Shown here: piece after piece, positions 23,161 to 32,688 of the stretch
Position numbering within the stretch: the stretch's first letter is position 1
How the letters are laid out: each line of letters starts with the position of its first letter
From: Mantamonas sphyraenae STR306
Lineage: Eukaryota; Protista; CRuMs
Direction of reading: 5' to 3'
NCBI GenBank assembly: GCA_026936335.1
Contig: JAPMXV010000032.1
Location: 124,001 to 188,000 of the forward strand
DNA: 64,000 nt
Translations under genes and position numbers: made by a program
The notes under the pieces: model-generated
What the model was told of the DNA's origin: nothing
The model's database searches: none
Seen by the model: the letters and a program-made list of their open reading frames with translations, nothing else

Positions 23161-25179
23161 ATGGCCGGGTTGTCCAACACCCAGCTTCTAGGCCTGGCAC
23201 TGGCCATGATGATTGGACTGGAGGTGATGCACATGCTTCGCGCGGGTGAGTACGAGCAGCGAGCACAGGAACAGATGCGAAGGGAGCAAGAGCGCGAGCA
23301 CAAGAGCGGACACACAAGCCTGGAGGAGATCGAACCAGGTCAAATACTAGACAGAGACGAAGCACTAGGGTCGTCCAAGCAGTCCACGAAAGATTCCCTC
23401 GAGACACGAAAGCAGAAGGAGCGGCAAGAAGCGCAACTCGCTCGCGAGCAGGCTTCCAGACGCCAGAAACGCGCTGCCGCACGAGCCAAGCAGAACAAGG
23501 AGGCTACGGATTTCGAAGACAACGCACAGGAACTGGACGACAGCAGCGTGAAGGGACTGGACAAGGAACTGCGCGAAAACCTGTTCTCAGGAGAGCGTGA
23601 TGACGACGACAAAAACGCAGCGAACGGCCGCGCGACGGACGACCTGCAGTACAACCCCATCAGTGGAGACCACGACGCAGCGGTCAAAAAGACCGACACA
23701 AAGACATCCACCGACACAGAACAGGGCACAACGGACCACCATGGAAGCCACAGGGAACAAAGTGCAGCGGACAAGCCCGGGAACCCCGACCATGACCACC
23801 CTGAGGAATTGGCCTTCACGACCGTCCATACACACGATACCCGGTACAATCCATCCCAGTTTCCTGTCGCCATGGTCACATTCAACCGTCCGCACTACCT
23901 AGAGCGGTCGTTGGAGTCCCTGGCCAAGGTGGACCACTTCAACGCTTCCATGCTGACTGTGTTTCAGGACGGCAAGGATGCAGGTGTAGCCAGCGTGGTC
24001 CAGCGCCTGGGCTATGCCCATGTTCAGCACGAGCAGACCCAAGGTGCATTCGAAGGTGCGGTGCACATTGCTCGCCACTACGGCTTCCTCCTGCGCACCA
24101 TGTTTGACAACCCCAAGTTTGCCGACGCCCCGTACATCATTGTGGTGGAGGATGATATGTTGTTTGCACCCGACTTTCTGGACTACTTTGCCCAGATGGC
24201 TCCGCTGATGGACGAGGACCCTTCGGTGTGGGCCGTGACGACATGGAATGACAATGGGTTCAAGAGAGCTGTTCGAGATCCCTCTCGTCTCTACCGTACC
24301 GAATTCTTTGTCGGCCTGGGCTGGCTGGTGTCCCGCAAGATCTTCCAGGAGGAGCTGCGACACAAATGGCCGCAGACCCACTGGGACCACTGGATGCGTG
24401 ACCCCGCCCAGAGCAAGGGCCGCGAAACAGTGTACCCTGAGATGCCTCGCAACTACAACATTGGCGAGGTGGGCACCCACAGCGACGCAAACTTGTATCG
24501 CCAATATTTTAAGGACATCCACCTCAACCACCACGGCCATGTCTACTTGGACTACACCCGGTACAAATCTAACGCCTACGAAGAGTGGATTGCCAAACAG
24601 TACGCAGAGGCCGTGGTCGTGGAAAACCTGGGGGAGCTGGAACGATACAGTGGCAAGACGCTGGTAATCAATGCCGGCCTGTCGCATCCCATGGACCCGA
24701 CGTGGCGCCAGGTGATGACTTTCTTTGGCCTCTGGGCTGAGGTTCCCCCTGTGCGAGGCATCCATCATGGCCTGCTGATCTTCCGCTACCACGGCAACGT
24801 GATTCTTTTCACTGCCGAATACTCAAAGTACTTCAAGAAGGAGCGCGGCACAGTGATCTCGTCCACCATGTTTGCTCATGGCCAGGTGACTGTACGTCGC
24901 GACGACGTGGTTGTCCACAAGGCGCTGCAGGGTCAGAGCTGTGACCAAGCGTGCGGGTCGCTGCGCAAAAAGTGCATCGACAATCATATTGCGCTCATCA
25001 ACACATGCACAGAGCTGCAAAAGGTGTTTCCCTGTGAAAAGGGCTGTCACAAGAGCTACGGCTACGACCAGCCTGCGTACGAGGTCACCCAGCAACTGTG
25101 CCTCACCAACAACAACCCCAGCTACTTTTCCTGCCAGGGATCGCACGAAAAGACCGCTCGCATCTGTCCGTGTGCATAG
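23161..25179 (+). CDS. GT13 beta-1,2-N-acetylglucosaminyltransferase (MGAT1/POMGNT1-like) with C-terminal Cys-rich domain
   Basis: Type II TM anchor; FNRPHYL, FQDG, IARHY, VVEDD, APDF, WNDNG, RTEFFVGLGW, WDHWMR motifs. Confidence 0.9.
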   Translation: MAGLSNTQLLGLALAMMIGLEVMHMLRAGEYEQRAQEQMRREQEREHKSGHTSLEEIEPGQILDRDEALGSSKQSTKDSLETRKQKERQEAQLAREQASRRQKRAAARAKQNKEATDFEDNAQELDDSSVKGLDKELRENLFSGERDDDDKNAANGRATDDLQYNPISGDHDAAVKKTDTKTSTDTEQGTTDHHGSHREQSAADKPGNPDHDHPEELAFTTVHTHDTRYNPSQFPVAMVTFNRPHYLERSLESLAKVDHFNASMLTVFQDGKDAGVASVVQRLGYAHVQHEQTQGAFEGAVHIARHYGFLLRTMFDNPKFADAPYIIVVEDDMLFAPDFLDYFAQMAPLMDEDPSVWAVTTWNDNGFKRAVRDPSRLYRTEFFVGLGWLVSRKIFQEELRHKWPQTHWDHWMRDPAQSKGRETVYPEMPRNYNIGEVGTHSDANLYRQYFKDIHLNHHGHVYLDYTRYKSNAYEEWIAKQYAEAVVVENLGELERYSGKTLVINAGLSHPMDPTWRQVMTFFGLWAEVPPVRGIHHGLLIFRYHGNVILFTAEYSKYFKKERGTVISSTMFAHGQVTVRRDDVVVHKALQGQSCDQACGSLRKKCIDNHIALINTCTELQKVFPCEKGCHKSYGYDQPAYEVTQQLCLTNNNPSYFSCQGSHEKTARICPCA

Positions 25180-25276
25180 TCGTGAAACCGGTGCAATGAA
25201 GGGATGCACTGACTCTGTATGTTGCCCTCGTTGCCCAGCCCTGGTCCACTGCACGCGCTCGCCTGCCCAGGACAAC

Positions 25277-25774
25277 ATGGATGCAGATGAACTCAAGGAG
25301 GACATTGAAATGGAAGTAGAGGTGGTAGGTTTTGTGCTGGAATAGATGTGTTGACACACACATGCACAGCAGGTGCGCATTGACGTGCTTCGCTTCCAAA
25401 CCCGGTCTGTGCCGCACCCATAGCACTCGGATGTCCTTGGGGACCACTCGTGTGGACGACAACCACAATGTGTGCACCTATTCATGAACCAAAGATCTCT
25501 CTGCGGTTGCTCCTTGTCCCAACTCCAGCGCTTGTGCCATCCCGCGCGCTTTTCGCTGACACCTTTGGGGCACCGCTCGCCGTGTCCACTCGCCACGCAG
25601 CTGACAACGGTGATGGGCGATGTGCTCAACTCGGTAGCTACCCAGACGGCGTCGTTGAACAGCCTGTTCGACAAGGTACAGGAGCACAAGGACTTCTTTG
25701 TCTCCTGGAACAAATTCCTGGCAAAAGGTCACCGGGAGATGACAGCGCAGGCCAACCAACCACAAAATGTATAA
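25277..25774 (+). CDS. Small spliced coiled-coil protein (~75 aa), weak resemblance to DASH subunits Dad1/Dad4
   Basis: MDADELKEDIEMEVE joined across an intron (acceptor at 25600) to LTTVMGDVLNSV...FFVSWNKF. A further 5' exon from 25196 is possible. Confidence 0.4.
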
Positions 25775-25825
25775 CACCAAGCAGGAAGCAATTTACACGA
25801 ACAGTGTGCGTTTTGTTCTCAAAGC

Positions 25826-27419
25826 TCACTTGCGCAGGAAAGCGTCGTCGGGGATCAGCGTCAGGCCGTCGCGCGGGGTCCAGTTGAACCCGCGCTCATA
25901 GTCCTGAGAAAGGACGTTGGTGAACTGGGCAACCACATCCGTCTGCGTGGTGACCACGGTGATGTCTCGGTTCGCCCTGCGCCACTCCGAGTTCCCGTAC
26001 GGCGGGAACGTGGACGCCTGCGGGTAGTCAGTGGGCGACCAGTTGCCAGTCGACATGCCCACATGCTCGCCGTCCAGAATCCAAAACTTGGCGTGGGTGA
26101 ACGTGTACATGCGGCTCGCCGTCTTGCGCACAGTGAGGCCGGCGTGGTACAGCTCGGTGTAGCACTTCTGAGCAGACTCGTAGTCTGGTTCGCTATAGAT
26201 ATGGTCAGACACAAGCACGCGCACGTCCACACCATTGTTGTGCATGTCGATGACTGCCTGGCAAAGGTCCGGGTCGGTGATCTGATAGATTGCAATCGAA
26301 AAGTTGCTCTTGACCGCGTTCAGGCCCGCCTTGATGTTGTCCCAGGCGTAATCCGGCGATGCAAACGTCAGGATGTCAAAAGTACCAGTCACGGGCTGCA
26401 GCTTGGTCACATAGGCGCCCGGGAAGTTGTTCGGCGGGGGAATCACCACAGGCACCTTGGCCTTGTCGGTAATGATCTTCATATCGTCAGACGAATAGCT
26501 CTGCTGCACCTTGAACGGGGTCGCCTGCGCCCAGTCACTCTCAAAGGTGGCCGACCAGAGCGCGTGCACCTTTGCAAAATCCGTGCCAACCACATGGACG
26601 CCAGCCTCGCGGTTCTTCATGATGGACGTATAGGTGTAGTTGATGGATGACACGGTGGCACGCTTGCCGTCCGAGCTCATGTACTTGGTGTGCATGAACG
26701 TCGTCGAGGTGTAGTACCGGATTTGAGCTCCATTCAGCGCAAGGAACGTCAGAGGGTCAATCTTCCCGGCGCACGTCGGCGTTCCATAGTCGTTGGTGAT
26801 CAGACGCACAGACACGCCACGGTGCAACGCGTTCAGCAGAGCCTGGAAGATGGGGAAACTCTGTGCCACACACGTGTGTCAGCGCATGCGGGCGCTTTGG
26901 CCTACGCGGGAAAACTTGCGGACGTGACAACTTACTTCGTTTCGCTGGCCCTCCACAGTGCAACCTGTGCATCCGCTAAAGTTTGTGCACCCGCTCCAGC
27001 TGTGAGGATGTGTAATTATCCATGTGTCATGTGTGTGTCAGCTTCATTCCCATCCAATCGCTGGGTATCTGCTTCGGGAGCACGCGACGAGAACGGCGTG
27101 GATTTTTCTGGGAGCCGTTTTGTCCGTCGCCTCGCAACGGTGCCTCCCTGCCACTGCATGCCTTCACCTACCTGCTAAAACCCGGCGTGAAGATCTCCAC
27201 CGACGTGTCTGCCTCCTCCACAATGGACGTCAGCACGTCTGCAGACGTGTCTGGTGAGAAAAACGGAGTCACCGTGAGCGAGAGACTCGTGTCGTGCTGC
27301 GCCTCCAGATGGGCCGTGTATGTGGTCGTCTGGTGGTCATACGACGGATCGTCCTGAGCAGTTGCCACCAGCACAGTGGCCATGAGAAGCACTGCTGCAA
27401 GAAAAGCCGTCCAGCGCAT
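25826..27419 (-). CDS. Secreted phospholipase D-family protein with two HKD motifs; exons 27419..27172, 26999..26936, 26860..25826
   Basis: Signal peptide; PFFSPD; HTKYMSSD...SSIN...NRE and HAKFWILD...STGNW...NRD. Confidence 0.9.
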
Positions 27420-27623
27420 CTCAAGAAGAGTTTTGGGTTTTGGGTTTGCTTGAGTCGCGCTTTCCATTAACATCCCAGCAAAAGCAGTTTGGGACCAATG
27501 ATCTGAGTCCATCCTCAATGGTCACATCAAATGCATTTCTTGGTCTCTTCGTCTTCGTGCTTGCGCCCGTGTTTCTCTCTGCGCCGCCTCACCCAACAGG
27601 TCGACCTCCGTGCTGGTGCAGAC

Positions 27624-30600
27624 ATGTACAAGTCGTTGACGGAACTGACATCAGCGGGCAGTCTGCTGGGGGTGTCGACGAGCGAGGATGACGCGTTTGA
27701 CGAGATACTGGACCTGGGTGAGTGGCAACCGGAGACCACAGACGAGGCGCGGTCCAAGTACACATCCATGATCTCGGAGGAGGACATCAAGAAACTCAAA
27801 TCGAGTAGTACAGCGTCGGACGACGCGTCCCATACACTGGGTGCTGATGACTCTGTGTCTCTGGGCCAGCAGAGCGAGTTTGACCACAGCTTTGCGCTCT
27901 CGGGTTCAAAGTACACTCCATACCGTTCGTCGGTCGCATTCGGAGATCGTTACAGCACCATCATCAATGCCAAGGACGCTTCTGCAAGTCTAGACTCATC
28001 CTCTTCCAACCTGGAGCTCACACTGACGAGCTCAAGTAGCTCGTCGAGCTCAACGGAAGCTTGGTTCCAGAACAGCCTTTCACGCTCCAGGGCCAATCGC
28101 ACATCGCAAACGTCGCTCCCAGCCGCCAATCAAAACGCAAAGGAGCACGAGGATGACACCTCTGACAACGAGGATGACGAAACCGCCCTGGATAATGACG
28201 GGGACCTGGAAGACGTTTCTTCCATGGTCGACGGCAGCCACCGCGACTGGACGGCAGAGTTCCAGGCGTTGTTGAGCAAGCCAACGTTCACCAAGCAGGA
28301 CCGTCTGGACAGGGAAAATGACCTGGACAATCTGGTCCAAGAGTTTGTCGAGTTTTCCGGGCCCGTCGTCAAGACGATTGTCCACGAACGCAACATGGAG
28401 AACAGCAAGCGCACCATCCCGTGCATCTCATCCAAGGTGGGCGGCCAGGCTGGCGGCCAAAAATATGCCCACAAGAATGTGTTTTTCAAGTTTGCTGTGG
28501 ACACAGACGACGCGTTGTACGGCGGCGACACGTTTGCCATGAAAGCAGCGGGGCATGAACTCAAGGGCCTGCGTGCGTACATTTCCTGTTCCATTCCCCA
28601 TCTTCACTTTCCCATGTTTGCCCTGTTTGACTACGGCGGCTTCCGAGTCACAGCGTCGTCCATCCTTCCGATCAAGGGTGCAGACACAATCGTGTATGGT
28701 TCTGCAGATGGTGGCAAGACGGTGCACGCCTCGTCGAAAGACATGGGAGTGATGATGCAGGCGGCAGGAGAGATGATGAACCTGAAGCCTCACAAAGTAG
28801 GGGACAAAATGACGGAGCTGTATGGACCGGGTGACATCGAGGGCCATCTGGGCACAGACGGGCGCTTTTATCTCCTGGACACAGCGCGTGTGTTCCCACC
28901 TACGTTTCATCCGCGTCTGGTGCAAGAGAACCCGGGCATTGTTCTGTACGAGCTGTTCCGACCCGAGTTTGTGCGTCAGGCACAGAAGCCACTGAGTAGC
29001 GACGCGCTGACGGGCTGGGGATCGCACAATCATCGGGTGCACAATGCAGAAGTGCTGGATGCAACCAAGGAGCTGCTGAAGCGTCAGATTCCGGAGTACA
29101 CGGCGCTGCTGGACAATCTGTACGCGACCAATTCGTCCCGCTCGTCGCGGCTGTTTTACAGTGCGCACCTGACGTCGATGATGCGTGAAATCCAAGAGTC
29201 AGGGATCAACCTGCGCTATCTGGGTTACATCCGTCACTATCTGAAGTTGCCCGCGCTGCGTGACGCGTTTCTGCTTGAAACGATTGCTCGCACGTTCAAG
29301 GTGCGGCTTCGCTCGGCGTTGCGCCAGATAGACACGGACACGGACGTGGAGAAGCATCTGAAACAGGTTGTGGTGAGCACGTTCAACCGCTTCTTTGTGC
29401 CGGGAGACAACGAGCAGGACCAGGCGTGGCTGTCGACGTTTGTGGAGGATCTGAAGCACAAGTACAGACACGTGTTGAGTGAAGAAGAGGAGCAAATGGT
29501 CAAGGAAAACGGGTTGGCAGGCCTCTTGGCAGGACTGAAGCAAGCGGAGGAGTGGACGTATGGACTGTTCAGTCGCATGCAAGACCTGGTGGCGGTGCAG
29601 TTCTTCAACTCGGTTCTGGTGGAGAGCAAAGTGACACGGGGCATGCTTGTGTTTCGCATCAAACGCGATTTGGACACAGCGCATCAGACGTCTCCGTCGT
29701 CCTCATCGTCATCGTCATCGTCCTCATCGTCATCGTCATCGTCCCCTGCTGGCGGATCGACCAACCGAGCGTTTGTCGTGGACGACGTGCAAACAGTGAG
29801 CATTGCGACAAAGAAGATTACGATGAAGCCGTATACACAGCATCTGATGACGCAGGGGATGCTTCGAGAGGCAGAAGACTTTTACCTGCGCGAACTGGCG
29901 CTGCGTGAAAAGACGGTGGGTTCCAACAACATTGCGGTGGCCGACACGCTTGACGACCTGGTGGACCTGTATGCACAGGTGGGCATCTCTATGTTTGAAA
30001 AGGCGACGCCGCATATCACGCGTGCGCTGAAGCTGCGGGAACTCTTTTTTGGGGAGAACAGCGAACAGGTTGCGCAGTCGTTGAATGTGTATGCAGAGCA
30101 CTACCGCAACTTTGGCCAGCTGAATATGGCCCTGTCTTTGTTTACGCGTGCCCTGAACATCCGCGAGAGCCAGGAGGAGCCGGACAACGAAAAGATTGCC
30201 GAGAGTGCACACAGCCTCGCCGGCCTGTACTACGACATGGGCAAGTACGACCTGGCCCAGAAACTGTACAAGCGAGCACTGCGCATGCGCGAACGGCTGT
30301 TTGGCAAGAGCCACATCCTGGTTGCCCAGACGCTGAACAGTCTGGGGGTCATTGCCTACGTGAAGGGCCAATTTCGGGACTGTCAAAAACTGTACACACG
30401 GGCATTGAAGATCAAGAAGAAAGTGTACGGGACGGGACACATTGCCTTGGCACCCACTGTGAACAACCTGGCGGTGTTGCACAAAGAACTTGGAGACTAC
30501 GGCGAGGCGGAGAAGCTGTACAAAGAGTCACTGGACATCCGTGTGGCCAACCTGGGCGCAGACCACGCAGAGGTTGCGCAGTCGCAGAACAATCTGGGTG

Positions 30601-32600
30601 TGTTGTACGAAGTACGCGGAGACCTGGCAAAGGCGCGGGAGTTGTTTGAGTCGTCCTTGCGCATCCGGGAGGGGATCTACGGACCAAATCACCACAATGT
30701 GGCCATGTCCTTCAAGCAGATGGGCAGGCTGCTCATGACGTGGCGCAAGTACCCAGAAAGCATTGAATATCTGGAAAAGGCGCTGAAGATCGAACTGCGG
30801 GTGTTTGGGGAGAAGAGCTCGCGGGTGCTGGAAACGGTGGAGAGTTTGGGCATGTGCTACCTGAAGAATGCGCAATTTGAGGACGCAATGGCAATGCATC
30901 TGCGAGAACTATCAATCCGCGAGGCCCTGCTGGACTCGACATCGCACTCCGAGCTGGCCATGGTGTACGACAAGCTGGCCAAGGTGTGCATCGGTCAGGG
31001 CAAGGGGTCCGAGGCCGAGCAGCTGCTGCGACAGGGCCTGGAGCTGAGGCAGCAAGCCATGAAGCAAGAATCAAACAGCGAGGTGGACATCAGCATCTCG
31101 TGGGTGAACTTGGCCGTGTTGTATGAAGAGCAGGGGCGGAACGAGGAAGCCAAGAAGATGCTGAAAAAGGCGCTGAAGCTGCGCGAGGAGGCATACGGAC
31201 CCATGGACATCAACGTGGCAGAAGTGTTGGACGAATTGGCTACGGTGTACCACAACATGGCACGATTTGACACGGCGGTGCAGTGCCAGAAGCAGGCGTT
31301 GGATATTCGACGAGCGGCAGGAAGCGAGCAGGAAGCCGAAGTGGCACGGACTCTGAACGACTTGGCGGTGCTCTACGACGACGGAAACATGAACGAAGAG
31401 GCGGAGCAGTGTTATCGGGAGGCGCTGAAGCTGCGGAAGGAGTTGTTTGGGGAGCATCACTCGGAGGTTGCTCAGAGTCTGATGAACCTGGCCGGGTTGT
31501 GTCTGGACGGAGACCGGCTGGAAGAAAGCGAAGTGTTGTATCAAGAGGCGGTGGACGTGTTCCGACACCTGCGAGACAGCGACGGCAAGGTGCCGATGGA
31601 GGTGGTGATACCCATGAACCACCTGGCCACGCTCAAGTCGAGGCAGCTGGACTTTGTGGCGGCAGAGGCCTTGTACAAGGAGAGCATTGATGTGTTGGAG
31701 CAGTTTGAAGGAGTGGTGACGAGGGGAAGGCTGATGGCAGAGTGCCTGGAGCAGCTGGGCATCCTGTACAAATCGGAAGGGCGATACGAGAGTGCAGCAG
31801 AGAGTCTGGAGCGGGCATTGGAGGAAAGGCAGACGTTCCAACACAAGCAGCATCCGGATGTGATGGTTGTTGTGGAACACCTTGCCATGCTGTTTGTGGA
31901 AATGGGAACGATGGAGATGGCGGATCCATTGCTGCGGCGACTGCTGCGTGTGGAGAGGAGCGCAGAGGAGGCATTCGATCTGTTGCTGAATGTGAGCAAG
32001 ATCTACAACGAGAACAGCTGGTACAACCGGGCAGTGGACTGCCTGGAGCGAGCCATCGACGTTGCGCCAACGGACTTGGACGTGGCGGCAGTGACAGTGC
32101 AGCTGGGAACACTGCATCGGGAGAACAAACAGTATGCATTGGCGTTGGACGCGTACGAGGATGCAGAGAAGCTGTATCTGGGCATTCGGGGAACAAGGGA
32201 GAGTCGGCTGCTTGTTGGACTTTACATCGTGGAAGTGCACGTGGAAACACAGCAGTACGGAGAAGCAGACACAAAGATGGCATCGTTGCGTACAGCCGTG
32301 CTGGGCAAGCCTTTGGTGGCGATTGTGGACTCGTTCGAGCCGGGTGAAGAGGACGAGGACGGGGAAGAGAGTGGAGAACGGCGCAAGTGGGATGTGACGT
32401 GGTCGATGCTCAAGGTGGAGGAGAACGAGCGACGCAAGCTGATTGTGCATGGATGTTCCGTGTACCGGGACGTGCTGTACGTGTTGGGTCATTTGCACCA
32501 GGCGAAACTGATGCGCAGGATTGCAGGGTCGCTCGAACGAGATCGGCTGCTGTCGCTGGGGGAGAATGAGGACGAGGAGGATGATGGAGAGGGAGGATAG
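27624..32600 (+). CDS. Clu-domain protein with a long kinesin-light-chain-type TPR array
   Basis: AGGQKY, FFKFAVD, AMKAAGHELKGL, DYGGFRV, YGSADGG, DIEGHLGTDGRFYLLDTARVFPP, then many ~42-aa 'VAQSLNNLA..Y...G.Y..A..LY..AL.IR' repeats. Confidence 0.9.
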   Translation: MYKSLTELTSAGSLLGVSTSEDDAFDEILDLGEWQPETTDEARSKYTSMISEEDIKKLKSSSTASDDASHTLGADDSVSLGQQSEFDHSFALSGSKYTPYRSSVAFGDRYSTIINAKDASASLDSSSSNLELTLTSSSSSSSSTEAWFQNSLSRSRANRTSQTSLPAANQNAKEHEDDTSDNEDDETALDNDGDLEDVSSMVDGSHRDWTAEFQALLSKPTFTKQDRLDRENDLDNLVQEFVEFSGPVVKTIVHERNMENSKRTIPCISSKVGGQAGGQKYAHKNVFFKFAVDTDDALYGGDTFAMKAAGHELKGLRAYISCSIPHLHFPMFALFDYGGFRVTASSILPIKGADTIVYGSADGGKTVHASSKDMGVMMQAAGEMMNLKPHKVGDKMTELYGPGDIEGHLGTDGRFYLLDTARVFPPTFHPRLVQENPGIVLYELFRPEFVRQAQKPLSSDALTGWGSHNHRVHNAEVLDATKELLKRQIPEYTALLDNLYATNSSRSSRLFYSAHLTSMMREIQESGINLRYLGYIRHYLKLPALRDAFLLETIARTFKVRLRSALRQIDTDTDVEKHLKQVVVSTFNRFFVPGDNEQDQAWLSTFVEDLKHKYRHVLSEEEEQMVKENGLAGLLAGLKQAEEWTYGLFSRMQDLVAVQFFNSVLVESKVTRGMLVFRIKRDLDTAHQTSPSSSSSSSSSSSSSSSSPAGGSTNRAFVVDDVQTVSIATKKITMKPYTQHLMTQGMLREAEDFYLRELALREKTVGSNNIAVADTLDDLVDLYAQVGISMFEKATPHITRALKLRELFFGENSEQVAQSLNVYAEHYRNFGQLNMALSLFTRALNIRESQEEPDNEKIAESAHSLAGLYYDMGKYDLAQKLYKRALRMRERLFGKSHILVAQTLNSLGVIAYVKGQFRDCQKLYTRALKIKKKVYGTGHIALAPTVNNLAVLHKELGDYGEAEKLYKESLDIRVANLGADHAEVAQSQNNLGVLYEVRGDLAKARELFESSLRIREGIYGPNHHNVAMSFKQMGRLLMTWRKYPESIEYLEKALKIELRVFGEKSSRVLETVESLGMCYLKNAQFEDAMAMHLRELSIREALLDSTSHSELAMVYDKLAKVCIGQGKGSEAEQLLRQGLELRQQAMKQESNSEVDISISWVNLAVLYEEQGRNEEAKKMLKKALKLREEAYGPMDINVAEVLDELATVYHNMARFDTAVQCQKQALDIRRAAGSEQEAEVARTLNDLAVLYDDGNMNEEAEQCYREALKLRKELFGEHHSEVAQSLMNLAGLCLDGDRLEESEVLYQEAVDVFRHLRDSDGKVPMEVVIPMNHLATLKSRQLDFVAAEALYKESIDVLEQFEGVVTRGRLMAECLEQLGILYKSEGRYESAAESLERALEERQTFQHKQHPDVMVVVEHLAMLFVEMGTMEMADPLLRRLLRVERSAEEAFDLLLNVSKIYNENSWYNRAVDCLERAIDVAPTDLDVAAVTVQLGTLHRENKQYALALDAYEDAEKLYLGIRGTRESRLLVGLYIVEVHVETQQYGEADTKMASLRTAVLGKPLVAIVDSFEPGEEDEDGEESGERRKWDVTWSMLKVEENERRKLIVHGCSVYRDVLYVLGHLHQAKLMRRIAGSLERDRLLSLGENEDEEDDGEGG

Positions 32601-32688
32601 GGAGGACGGGAAGGAAAGGGAAGAGGGTGATGATGGGGATGGTGTGTGTTTGCGAAAGTGCGGGCAGCGTTTTTCTCTGCCACCTGGG

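Noticed and set aside
29900-31900. Periodic ~126-nt pattern as a possible repeat array or CRISPR
   Set aside because: It is the coding sequence of degenerate 42-aa TPR repeats; there are no identical DNA repeats with spacers
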